64,000 nucleotides of DNA from Octopus sinensis (Eukaryota): positions 198,834,001 through 198,898,000 of the forward strand of contig NC_042997.1 of NCBI RefSeq assembly GCF_006345805.1, read 5' to 3'. The notes beneath the pieces were generated by a model. That model was not told the origin of the DNA. It ran no database searches and saw only the letters and a list, made by a program, of their open reading frames with translations. Numbering within the stretch: the first letter of the stretch is position 1; the number at the start of each line of letters is the position of its first letter. The translations under genes and the position numbers were made by a program. Of the stretch, positions 11,706 to 24,370 are shown one piece after another.

Positions 11706-12309
11706 ATAATCTTTGTACTTGTGATATTTTTCTGTTTTTACCTCCATACCTTCGTGAGTTATTTTGAGTAAACATTATCTGAGAGAAATTTTCTTCAAGT
11801 AGTGGAAATGGCAAAAAAACTTTTTTGGCTGCTATTTCTAGCAAGTTCAGTATGTGGCAAAGTAATTTATTTTACTAAGCCCTAATTATATAATATATAG
11901 TATATATATATATATATACTATATATCTACTATATAAACCATCGTATTTTTGCATGGGTATGTCTGCATTAACATTGTTATTTATATTAATTTATGACAA
12001 TAACTATTTTTATAACTGCATATATTTCTATATGATATATTAATTTTAATGGTAGACTTTTTGATCATTTAATGTCTTCCTTCTGATATATACAAATTTC
12101 TTTGTATGTTCTTCCGTGATGGTGTTCTGGCTGAAACAATTGTAGGTCTCGTTAATGTATTAAATAAATTTTTATTAATGCTATCTCCATCTTCTCTCTT
12201 TGGTTTTTATAATAATATGGATGTCTGTGTTTCTATATCATAAGGTATTCAACCAGTCTAATCTTGGATATTTCTATCCCTCTGAGGTTTATATATCCTT
12301 ACTTGTACG

Positions 12310-12438
12310 TTTATATATTATATATATTATATATATATATTATTATATATGTATGTAGTATATATGGTGTGGTGTGTTGTGTGTGTGTGCATGTATGTAT
12401 GTATATATTGTGTGTGTGTGTGTGTGCATGTATGTATG

Positions 12439-12472
<34 letters not shown>

Positions 12473-12580
12473 TGTATGTATGTATATATGTGTGTGTGTG
12501 TGTGTGTGCATGTATGTATGTATGTATATATGTGTGTGTGTGTGTGTGTGCATGCATGCATGTATGTATGTATGTATATG
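12310..12580. repeat. Compound (TG)n/(TATG)n microsatellite
   Basis: Low-complexity tract; source of the CV/HT-repeat ORFs. Confidence 0.95.
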
Positions 12581-12581
12581 T

Positions 12582-12893
12582 GGAGGCGCAGTGGCCCAGT
12601 GTTTAGGGCAGCGAACTCGCGGTCGGAGGATCGCGGTTTCGATTCCTAGACCGGCCGTTGTGTGTGTTTATTGAGCGAAAACACCTAAAGCTCCACGATC
12701 TCCGGCAGGGGGGGGGGCGACCCCTGTTGTACTCCTTCGCCCCAACTTTCTCTCACTTTTTCTTCCTGTTTCTTGAGTAACGCTGCTATGGACTGGCGTT
12801 CCGTCCAGCTGGGGGGGGGCACATACGCCATAGAAACCGGGAAACCGAGCCCATGAGCCTGTCTGGACTTGAAAAGGGCGCGAAAAAAAAAAT
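12582..12893 (+). mobile_element. tRNA-derived SINE family C, full length
   Basis: Head GGAGGCGCAGTGGCCCAGTG...GGTTTCGATTCC, central ATGGACTGGCGTTCCGTCCAG...CATAGAAACCGGG (resembles the V-type SINE domain; unverified) and an A-rich tail. Confidence 0.8.
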
Positions 12894-13237
12894 ATATATA
12901 ATTTAACTTCGTTGTTGGTGTAATGACCTTCCCAAGACACAAAATATTGACTATCATCCAATTCGTTGATGATTATATAAAATACTGAAATGAGCACAAA
13001 TTTTCAAAAGAAAACTACATATTACCTTAAAATGTCTTTAATGTAAAAGAAATTCCTCATTAGCATAGCTCTTCCACTTCCTCTGTCTTTATGGTTCTTT
13101 CTCACCGTGTGTGTGTGAAACATCCCTTTATTCATTACCTGCCCCAAGTCTAGTATGTCCACTGGTCTTGTAATACTTGACTCTCTCTCTCTATCTATCT
13201 CTATCTCTCTCGGATGTGAAACTTCAGTGGAGAGAAC

Positions 13238-13279
<42 letters not shown>

Positions 13280-13309
13280 TATATATTAAATCCCAAAGAA
13301 AAACAGAAA

Positions 13310-13920
13310 AAAAGAGAAAAAAACACAGCAACGCAGGACGTGGAACAATTAAAGTATTATTGACGCTCAGGAAAGAAGAGAAGGAGGGTTTAACGTTTCG
13401 AGCGGAGCTCTTCGTCGGAAACAAGGAGAAGGAAAGATCCCAAGGAGGGAAGACAGAGGAGAAAATATTTGAGCTGGTGGTGCTCAAGAGATCACATGTT
13501 GAAAGATCACACACACATATATATATATATATATAAAAGACAAAATGGGACAAGAACGCAAAACATCCAAATAGACGATACAAAAAATACAGATGGATCA
13601 TTCGAAGCCTTTTATCTTCAGTCAAGAACCGGATCATCCTCGCAATTTCGACCGATTAATCTTGAGATTGCTCCAATCTGGCCAGCCCCAAGGAAAAACT
13701 AAGGTAAGAGCATTAGATTCCTTTCTAAAAGGATCGAATGTATACGAAAACAAGGACAGAAAAACGGACGATGTTATACGAATATGAATAGAAAAAAACA
13801 AAAAATAATACGAATATAAATACAAAAAAACAATAATAATAATAACAGGACAGATAGATAGATAGATAGATAGATAGAAATGGCAAGACAAGAAAAGAAT
13901 GAAAGACACCTCGATATTAT
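13310..13920 (-). mobile_element. Non-coding HHR-bearing element, probably a PLE-derived terminal repeat
   Basis: Contains the minimal HHR at 13388-13422 within pyrimidine-rich flanks with embedded microsatellites. Boundaries are approximate. Confidence 0.5.
13388..13422 (-). ncRNA. Minimal type I hammerhead ribozyme (U4C variant)
   Basis: GTTT-CCGACGA-A-GAGC-TCC-GCTC-GAAACGT-T-AAAC. Stem I GTTT/AAAC, stem II GAGC/GCTC, palindromic AACGTT at stem III. Confidence 0.7.
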
Positions 13921-13946
13921 GTAAATAGAGGAATTTATCTGTAAAT

Positions 13947-14088
13947 ATATGTGACAATTATTCGGTAGCCATGATAAAACTCCGAGTTTCTGATGTCGGG
14001 CGGAAACCCACGCCGCCATCTCTTCAGTTTCCGCCCCGACATCAAAAACTCGGAGTTTTATCATGGCTACCGAATAATTGTCACATAT
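13947..14088. mobile_element. Fold-back/MITE-like near-perfect inverted repeat
   Basis: Arms 13947-14007 and 14027-14088 (61/62 bp, about one mismatch and one indel) with a 19-nt spacer and TA-rich flanks. Confidence 0.8.
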
Positions 14089-14130
14089 TATATTTAGAGA
14101 TACACACACACACACACACAACCGCGAGCA

Positions 14131-14438
14131 GACCAAAACCTTGTGAGTGGATTTGGTAGACGAAAACTGAAAGATGCCCATCATATATATATATATTATA
14201 TATATATATATACGAGGTATATATATATATATATATATAATAAATGAAAGAATGGAGTTGAACGACGAATTAACAAAATTCCTTTATTTTCGACATATGC
14301 TTCGAAGGCTGCATATTCCTAATTTCGAAGGAATAAGGGGTGCATTATGCCGCCTTCTCATCAGGAAAAACAAGGAACTTATGTCACCATTAAGATGCAC
14401 AAAAAACTTTTAGATGACTGCCCACACGGAACCCATAG

Positions 14439-14492
<54 letters not shown>

Positions 14493-14745
14493 GAGTATAT
14501 TTATATACGAGTATATATATGTGTGTGTGTATGTATTCGAAACCCCACACGCACACACACATCGCTTGACAACCAATGATGCTATGATTACGTCGCCGTA
14601 ACTTAGTGGTTCGGCCAAAGAAGCAGATAGAAAAAGTACCAGACTTAAAAAAACAAAGTACAGGGGGGTCGATTCATACAACTAAGTCTTTCAAAGTGGT
14701 GCCCCAGCATGGCCACAGTTTCGCGATTGAAACAAGTAAAGGATG
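14131..14745 (+). mobile_element. Old, interrupted SINE family A-related copy
   Basis: GACCAAAACCTTGTGAGTGGATTTGGTAGAC at 14131 and the 3' half (GCTTGACAACC...GGTGCCCCAGCATGGCC...GAAACAAGTAAAG) at ~14560-14745, separated by TA tracts and other sequence. Confidence 0.7.
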
Positions 14746-14950
14746 TGTATTGCATGCGTCTGTATGTATACTATATATGTGTGTATGTATATATACATGT
14801 GTATGTATACATGTATGTACATACAGCCATGTACATATGTTTATGTCTAGCCCTATGTGCGTATATGTATTTGTATATATATATATACAAAATATATACA
14901 AAGAATTATATATATATATATATATAATATATATAATTATATATATATAT

Positions 14951-15232
14951 TCTTTTATGTTTCAGTCATTTCACTGCGCGGCGGTTTATGAGAGGCCTTC
15001 CCTATTTTTAATATATACTGCTCTGTATCGTAGAGTATGCATCTCTTTCGGATTTGTTTTATATATATATACGACGGGCTTCTTTCAGTTTCCGCCCACC
15101 AAAATCCATCACAAGGCTTTGGTTAGCCCGAGGCTATAGAAACTGGCCCGCAAGGTGCCACGCAGGGGACTGAATCCGGAACCATGTAGTTCGTAAGCAA
15201 GCTACTTACCACACACAGCCACTCCTGCGCCT
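14951..15232 (-). mobile_element. SINE family A, internally deleted
   Basis: Tail fragment at 14951-14985 and head at 15071-15232, both in reverse orientation. Confidence 0.8.
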
Positions 15233-15292
15233 ATATATATATATATATATGCGCTTTTGTGTGTTTAGTGATATGGTGGATATATATATTAT

Positions 15293-15323
<31 letters not shown>

Positions 15324-16149
15324 TTATATATATATATATATATCTATATATATATATTATATATATATATATGCTTTGGTGTGTTTAGTGATATGTGGAT
15401 ATACGTGTATATATGCATAGGCATACGTACATATATGCATATATGAGAGTATCTATATGTATGTCATTTTATGTACGATTATATTTACATATGTAATATG
15501 GGTGTGTCTGCAAGTGTGTGACGTGTTTACGTGCGAATTTGCGTTCGTCGCGCTTGTCTATTCTTCTATCTCTCTTCCTTGTTTCAATACAAACATTACA
15601 GCCAACATATTTTGATAACTGCATTGTAGAAACGGTTTGTTTTTGTCTGTTTTTTTTCCTAGTAAAATATATATATATTCCTTCGTGCGTATATATTCAT
15701 ATAACCGTAACGAGCACAGAAAACAATTTTTGTGTATGAAATAGCATCGTTTCTTTTCTTTTAGCTTCAAGAGAGAGAAGAGAGAGAGTCTCATATCTCA
15801 CTAATAGCAGGTTGATATATCGTCTTATTGTGCATTCACACCTTCGCCTGTATTAAGTTACACAATAATGATATCGGTGCGGATAGGATAATAATCATTC
15901 AGTTGATAACAGCTGACAACTGGAATGTCCCGCAGCGTAAAGCTACCGCCAACATGATGTAGATACATATATTTATACGATTTCAGATATGTAAAAAAAA
16001 AATATACGTCCTATAACCGCTCGCACATTTCCTTAATACGATATAATCTCTGCCTTGGATAATGTACATACATTGTTGTGTATATATACTATCTGACATC
16101 TCTGCTTACGTACGAGTTCGCGTATAATAAGCCCACAACACACACGCAA

Positions 16150-16910
16150 ATATATTTTGTATGTGTGTGTACGTGTGCAGTTCTGTGAGCGCGCGCCGTG
16201 TCTGTGTGTGTGTGTGTGTGTGTATGCGTGTGTGTGTGTGTGTATGCGTGTGTGTGTATGCGTGTGTGTGTGTATGCGTGTGTGTGTATGCGTGTGTGTG
16301 TATGCGTGTGTGTGTATGCGTGTGTGTGTATGCGTGTGTGTATGTGTGTATATATGTGTGTATATATGTGTGTATATATGTGTGTATATATATGTGTGTA
16401 TATATGTGTGTGTGTGTATATATGTGTGTGTGTGTATATATATGTGTGTGTGTGTGTATATATATGTGTGTGTGTGTGTATATATATATGTGTGTGTGTG
16501 TGTATATATATGTGTGTGTGTGTGTATGTATATATATATGTGTATATATATGTGTGTGTGTATATATATATGTGTGTGTATATATATATGTGTGTGTGTG
16601 TGTATATATATGTGTGTGTATATATATATGTGTGTGTGTGTGTATATATATATGTGTGTGTGTGTATATTGTGTGTGTGTGTGTGTATATATGGTGTGTG
16701 TGTATATGTGCGTGTGTGTGTATATATATGTGCGTGTGTGTGTATATATATGTGCGTGTGTGTGTATATATATGTGTGTGTGTATATATATATATGTGTG
16801 TGTATATATATGTGCGTGTGTGTGTATATATATGTGTGTGTGTATATATTATATATGTGTGTGTATATATATGTGTGTGTGTATATATATATATATATGT
16901 ATGTGTGTGT
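16150..16910. repeat. Compound (TG)n/(TA)n microsatellite
   Basis: Low-complexity tract explaining four 250-300 aa spurious ORFs. Confidence 0.95.
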
Positions 16911-17787
16911 ATTGCTTGCTCCAGTCATTAGACTTCGGCCTTGCTGGGGCACTACCTTGAATTTTTTCATCGAACGACTCAATTCCAGGACTTTATGTTT
17001 TTTAAAGCCTACTACTTATATATATATACGTATAGACAGGTATTTAATAACTATGCACCATGAATAAGTGTTTTAAAATGTTCTGAAGTAAGCGAAGGCA
17101 GTTTTTTTCTGGCTGAAGAAAATGTATTGTTTTAAAGTTTAAATTGTTAATAATTTGATTGAAAAACTCAGATACTTCAGTTTTTAATTAGAATTTCCAC
17201 CCACCCTTAAATAAAATGTCTTTTATTTTATTCATTCTTTCTTTAATGTTTTAGAAAAAAACATCTGTTCTGTAGAAAATAAAGTAAGAAGTCAGCATAA
17301 ACAAAAACGTACCTAGATAAAGAATAAAGGAACAAGAGTCGGTTCTTGTAAAGGAATTATGAAAAAACACAGGTAAAAACGTAACTCGGTCATCTTGGAA
17401 TAAATTCCTTGTGTGTGTGTTTTGTTAATTGAATCAACGCGCCACTGCTATCTTTATTTACGAATGTATAAATTTTTCACTTTCGAAGTTGGTTAAGAAA
17501 CGATGGATTCTGCACAGAACCCTTACTCCTACATGTAAATATTACTATCACTACTATTACTACTACTACAACAACTACTACTACTACTATTACTACTACT
17601 ACTACTACAACTAACTGTTGGTGCTGCACGGAAAGTACCTTAGCCGTCGTCGTCGTCGTCGCTGTGACTATTCGAGTTAAGCGAGCTTGTCATTAGTAGT
17701 TTCTGCATCTTGCTGTGGTCGCTATCCTAGTTTATGTAGTGTAGTTGGTCGTGCTCCGACCAGGCTCGGGACTAAAACTAAAACAAT

Positions 17788-17890
17788 ATGGATGAATGTA
17801 ACACCCCCTCGCATGTCGTTCACGAACATAGACATATAAAAAAGTGTAAAAGTGCCACGTTTACCTTGGATGGCACTTCCTATACTATCG
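17788..17890 (+). CDS. PDE1: First coding exon of calcium/calmodulin-dependent cyclic nucleotide phosphodiesterase 1 (PDE1C-like long N-terminal isoform)
   Basis: MDECNTPSHVVHEHRHIKKCKSATFTLDGTSYTI+G. KKCKSATFTLDGTSYTI matches, from memory, KKCRSATFSIDGYSFTI in the vertebrate PDE1C N-terminus. The ATG has A at -3 and G at +4, an in-frame TAA lies at 17779, and the consensus donor G|GTAAGT at 17890/17891 (phase 1) falls exactly at the end of the motif. Confidence 0.8.
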
Positions 17891-17952
17891 GTAAGTTTCG
17901 ACTCGTACATTATGATTATTATTATTATTATCATCATCATCATCATTGTTAT

Positions 17953-18240
17953 TTTCCGCTGTGGTCAACTTTGCCTTTCAGCCTTCCGGGGTCGATAAAA
18001 TAAAGTACCAGTTATATAACTGGGGTCGATATAATCGACTTCACCATCCCCTCAAAACTGCTGGCTTTGTGCTAAAATTATTATTATTATTATTATTTCT
18101 TATTTTTCGCTGTGGTCAACTTTGCCTTTCAGCCTTCCGGGGTCGATAAAATAAAGTACCAGTTATATAACTGGGGTCGATATAACCGACTTTACCATCC
18201 CCTCAAAACTGCTGGCCTCGTGCTAAAATTATTATTATTG
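17953..18240 (+). mobile_element. Tandem pair of 5'-truncated SINE family B copies (tail 2 type)
   Basis: TTCCGCTGTGGTCAACTTTGCCTTTCAGCCTTCCGGGGTCGATAAAATAAAGTACCAG...TGTGCTAAAA(TTA)n twice, about 155 bp apart. Confidence 0.85.
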
Positions 18241-19137
18241 TTGTTGTTGTTGTTATTATTATTATTATCATTATCATTAAGTGTCAAGTTTTTTAATTAA
18301 GTAAATACGGATTAATCGTGTGTTTTGGGGGCATTTCTCGTGCATTGTTGCATTTGTGTTCTTTTTTCTTTTTCTCTCTCTAAAACCAGCTAAGAAAACC
18401 AAATTACTTTTTCTTTCTCTTCTTATCGTATTTTCTAAGCTTGGCCGAGAGATTATACGTCAAGCCCGTATGAATGTAAAAGTAACATGCGTGTGTGTTA
18501 AATAGTAACCAAGCTAAAACTAAGCGGGCAAGGGAGACTTTTTTACAAATATTTTCTCGCACCGATGCTCCCGTTCAGGCTTATCTATTTGTTTGACATT
18601 TAATCATTTTACTATTGTCTTGTTATTTTACATGTTTACACCGAATACTATTTCTACGGTTTGTAGTGTTATGAATTCTTAGGTATCTACCGAGAAGGCA
18701 TGAATCATGTTCATAATACTTCTCTGCGCCCTAGTTTACTTGTTTGTTGTTTTAATTCGAACACTTAGTTTTCGGTTCGAAGTAGTTTGTTTACTATATA
18801 AGCCTATTAGGCGGGGGAAAGAGATAAACTTTACAACAGTCCACCGAGGCTGATTCTGACTTCTGTCTCCCGTACCAGTAATATACTGTGTCGATCCAAT
18901 CAACAACTAGCTTCTCTACTAGTTTGTGGTCTTGTGGTAAACTTTAAACTGTTTATTGTGTACAAGTAAACCGCCGTTTGTTTGTCACGCGGTTTCAATC
19001 CACGCTCGGAGCAGTTTTACTTAAGTTACAACCGGACAAATTCTTGTGGGTATAAGTGGAAGGACCTTAGGGGTGTAAGTTAGAATGGCTACAGCTTAGC
19101 ATTATAAAAGCATTTCGAAGGGAGCTTCGGCTAATTA

Positions 19138-19169
<32 letters not shown>

Positions 19170-20181
19170 TAATTTCGACTTGTATGCGGCCAATTTTGAA
19201 GCGAGCCGTTCTACTAATCTAACTAAATGGTAAAAGTCAAACGCAGAATTTGAACTCGTACTGCAGAAACAACTAAGTTTTCAAAAGCAGCTTCATTGTC
19301 TTGCTAGCATTAGTACCAGGTACAATGTATACTAATCACAACCACTAGGATTGTTACTTTAGCTTCTTTTTTTCTAAGATGCAACACAAAGCTCGTCTCC
19401 AGATTTCAATTGACAATGCGGACACTCGGAGTTAGATATCATTTTTTAAGGTGGTTGCGTTTCTGAACAACAACAACAACAACAACTATAATAATAATAA
19501 TTATTATTATTATTATTATTATTATCAGAAAGTCTTAGTGATAATAACTCAGAAATATAAAACTGCGATGGTCAGACTATTAAAAAAAAAATTAGCCATG
19601 AAGAATTTTTTTATTTTCTAAATGTCAATGGATACATCGCTTTATTGTAAAAGTGAAGTGTAGCCATATATCAGTTACCTGATCATTATTTTGTTGCATA
19701 AGGAATTACTTTAGCTGATGATACGTTGCGTGTCAACCCTTTCCTGTAAGAAAGTGGGTCCTGCAACGGAGTCTTTTATATCCATGATAAATCAATCCCA
19801 TCGATTGTTTATAGAAATAATATGAAAGTGGGCGTGCCTTGTCGCAAGTGTCCGTTTTCGCTCAGGAAGGAGATGGGTCGGACGGCTCAGATACTTTTAT
19901 GTATTCAGTCCTCACAGTGTTCGAGTTCACGTCTCAGGCTAATAAAAAGCAAGTTCCCGTTACCTACATTCTTTGGCTAAAATTGCAGGGCTGACCAAGA
20001 AGTTGTCTTTTATTTATATTTCTGTGCGACAACGCATCCTTGTCTCTATAACACACATACTGTTAATACTTCAATAATGATTGTTTTTTTCATTCAGTTT
20101 TCCGATGCTACAGTATTAGAAGTCTTAGCCATTTAGTCTTTAGCCATTTAGGACATGATTGTATATATATATATATATATA

Positions 20182-20533
20182 TACTCTTACTCTTTTACTT
20201 GTTTCAGTCATTTGACTGCGGCCATGCTGGAGCACCGCCTTTAGTCGAACAAATCGACCCCGGGACTTATTCTTTGTAAGCCCAGTACAACATCGGTTGT
20301 CAAGCAATGCTAGGGGGACAAACACAGACACACAAACACATACACACACTTATATATATATACATATATACGACAGGCTTCTTTCAGTTTCCGTCTACCA
20401 AATCCACTCACAAGGCATTGGTCGGCCCGGGGCTATAGCAGAAGACACTTGCCCAAGATGCCACGCAGTGGGACTGAACCCGGAACCATGTGGTTGGGTA
20501 GCAAGCTACTTACCACACAGCCACTCCTGCGCC
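20182..20533 (-). mobile_element. SINE family A with internal deletion
   Basis: Reverse-complement head, CORE-like block and tail all present. Confidence 0.9.
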
Positions 20534-20829
20534 TATATATATATAAAAATTTAAAAAAAAGGTCAGACGAGGTGTATAAGTCAAGAGGACCATCGGAGTG
20601 GATTTACATAGAGGTAGGATGGTGAAGTACCGAATGGCATCGGCAAACAATTCTAAATGAATTGAAATATGCCTCTTAGTTTGTGAGAGAAAACAGAACT
20701 AGCAAACTCACATTCAAACAGCATACACATTTTCCGAAATCAACTTGTAATCCGTAGAAGACGGTCGGTCAGTCACTCACACAGGCATACAGCGGTGAAG
20801 CGTATATTAAAAAATATTCTCTCATTCTC

Positions 20830-20860
20830 TCTATCTATATCTCTCTCTCTCATATATATA

Positions 20861-20911
<51 letters not shown>

Positions 20912-20934
20912 TATGTATATACACACACACGCAC

Positions 20935-20968
<34 letters not shown>

Positions 20969-21109
20969 CAGATACATATGCGTGTATATATATATACACA
21001 CATTTATATGTATATATACACACACATTTATATATGTATATATACACACACATTTATATATGTGTATATATATATATAATATATATATGTATATATACAC
21101 ACACATTTA

Positions 21110-21194
<85 letters not shown>

Positions 21195-22094
21195 CACACA
21201 CAGCTAGATAGATAGATAGAGTTAAATGGGTAACTGCAGATAGATAGACTGACATCCTTCTTTTAGTTTGTTTTTTTGTGATTTTTCTTAAACCTTGTCA
21301 ACTGATCTTATCTACATGAATTAGAATCGTCTTAGTCCAGTTCCCACTTAGTTACAAAGTAACTTAATATCTTTCATCGTGTTTAAAATATTTTACAATT
21401 TAGAAAACAAAAATGCATGTTTTCTCAGCTATATCTTTTTAAATTGTTATTTAATGCTGTATTTGGGTTTGGAGTTCCTTCATCGTGTATAGACGTCTAA
21501 ACATTTACTTTTTTCATGTTAAGACGATGGACATCCATTAACAGTTTCCTAAAAGTGTTTTTCTAGGCTTTAATGCACGCTCAGTGTCTGTTAATGAAAA
21601 GTAAGAATCCTAACTGTATAAGACAAGTAATTTCCTTTATAATATATGGGATACAGTGCAACGATTTCTCTTTACAAATATTTCAATTCACTTGTTTTAA
21701 GTAACATGTATATTTGAGAAAATATCTATCGGCATTACATTACGATAAATAGTGTCAACCATGAACGATGTATGTGACATTAAGCGTTGAAAGAAAGGTG
21801 TTGATATATTCACATCTACTTCTATGTTGCTATGAATGGTGTTATATAGTTTAAGAATATACTTGTGGTTTGTTGTCAGTCAAATTCTTCACAAGAAGCG
21901 GGGGATTTCTATGGCGGGTTTATAGAGAAATGAAAAAAAAAATTATTGAACAACATCGACTTGGAAACTCTGTATAATTAGCCAGGAACAACTAATTAAC
22001 ACTTGGAGAATATTATAATTATCATATTACTTAATAAAAACACATCATTAACACACAGAGGCATATATATATATGTATATATTATATATATATA

Positions 22095-22130
<36 letters not shown>

Positions 22131-22188
22131 AACACATATACACAAACATACTCGACGTATGCATCGATGTGGATATGTTTATGCATGA

Positions 22189-22219
<31 letters not shown>

Positions 22220-22551
22220 TAGATGAATGAATCTATATAAATATGTGAATGTATATGGGTATACACGTATGTATGTATACATACATATATGCATGGATGC
22301 ATATAGCTGAACGTATATGTATGTACTTACATAAAACAATATACATGTGCGCATATATATTTGTGTGTGTGTGTTGCACATTTGTAGAAATATATATATT
22401 CTGCATGTAGATGTATACTCGTATATAATTGAATATATGTACAATAAGTATGTACATATATACAATCAGTATATATATGTGGATATTCATAATGTGTGTA
22501 TATTCAGTATCTGCATGTACAGTTATGTATATATACTACGCAAATATATGA

Positions 22552-22584
<33 letters not shown>

Positions 22585-22682
22585 ATTTATTTATGTATGC
22601 ATGCATATATGTATATATGTATGTATCATCTATCTCTTGAAGATGGAGGTCAAACAATTATGATGATACATACACACACATA

Positions 22683-22726
<44 letters not shown>

Positions 22727-23579
22727 CACACACAACCAACCACTATATATATATAACCGCTATATATATATACAACCACTCATATATATATATACAATAT
22801 CCATATATAGTTTGTGGGCATGCGTGTATATATACATATAGTGTGCATATGTATATACATATGTATATATCAGATTCATATCTATGTGTATGTGTATGAC
22901 ACTATATATACATGCATACTATATATATGCGTGTGCATATATACATACATATATATATATGCACACGTATCTACACACACACATACACACATATATACAG
23001 AGGGGGAGAGAGAGAGTTTGAATATATATCTTATGTATGTATTATATGCATACATATATATTATATGTATATATGGTATACGTATTTATATTATGTATAT
23101 ATAGTATACAAACATAGATATATTATCATATGCATATATACTATATATATATATATATATATAATGCATATATATTTTACCTATATATAAATTATGTATG
23201 TAAATATGGTATACATATATATATTGTATGTACATGTGATGTCTATATATATACAAGATGTGATGTGTATACATATAGTATGCACGTATATGATGCATAT
23301 ATAGTGTGCATATATATTTATATATAGTTATATATATATGTATATATTTTATACATGTATATATGTATATATATATATCATACATGTGTATATTATGCAT
23401 GTATGAATATGTATGTTTGCATATATAGATTATAAATCCCAGTGTATATATTCTAGTATGAATATATTTTACATACGTACGTGTAGATGTGTGCTGGCAT
23501 ATGTCTGAGTGTGTATGTGCATATATATATATATATAAAGTATATGTATATATAGATTTCTATATATTTGTATGTGTGC

Positions 23580-23617
<38 letters not shown>

Positions 23618-23893
23618 ATATATATGTTTGTGTGTATATATATATATGTGTGTGTGTATATATATATGTGTGTGTGTATATATATATATGTGTGTGTGTG
23701 TATATATATATATGTGTGTGTGTATATATATATATGTGTGTGTGTGTGTATATATATATATGTGTGTGTGTGTGTATATATATATATGTGTGTGTGTGTG
23801 TATATATATATATATGTGTGTGTGTATATATATATATATGTGTGTGTGTATATATATAATATATGTGTGTGTATATATATATATGTGTGAGTG

Positions 23894-23924
<31 letters not shown>

Positions 23925-23930
23925 ATGTTT
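20830..23930. repeat. Microsatellite-rich block (TA, CA, TATG compounds) with a unique gap at ~21230-22050
   Basis: Low-complexity tracts at ~20830-21220 and ~22050-23930. Confidence 0.9.
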
Positions 23931-24271
23931 ATATAAATTTTTTAAATGGAGCAAAAACGCAATAGATGGCATTAAAACGTTCGGACAGATATACGATACA
24001 AAGGTGGACCAGAGAAACAATTAGGACAGGCGAAAAAAGACGGGTCATTCTTGACTTTCTTTCATCATTCAAGTCCCAGAAGTCACGACCATTTCGGGTA
24101 GTTACACTTGAGATGGTTCGATCTGGTTGGTGACCCTCTACTTAGTGTTTCATCTTGGATATGATAAATATATATTTGTCCACTCTGTCCTGCGTATTGA
24201 GTTCTATATCAGATAATGCTTACACTCTGTAACATATTACTGATGAATCCTTACTTCTGTTGCAGTGCCAC

Positions 24272-24308
<37 letters not shown>

Positions 24309-24370
24309 TATATATATATATATTTATTTATTTATTTATATACATATATATATATATATATACACACACA

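Larger units (their letters stand above)
10586..11893. mobile_element. Tandem plus inverted cluster of a 560-bp HHR-bearing unit (PLE pLTR/retrozyme-like)
   Basis: Two direct copies 560 bp apart (CTCAA at 10921 and 11481), followed by an inverted, rearranged third copy at 11555-11893. Each copy contains an HHR motif. Confidence 0.8.

Noticed and set aside
13989-14007. CTGATG...GGAAAC inside the MITE arm
   Set aside because: It lacks A9 and a stem II; it is simply part of the inverted repeat.
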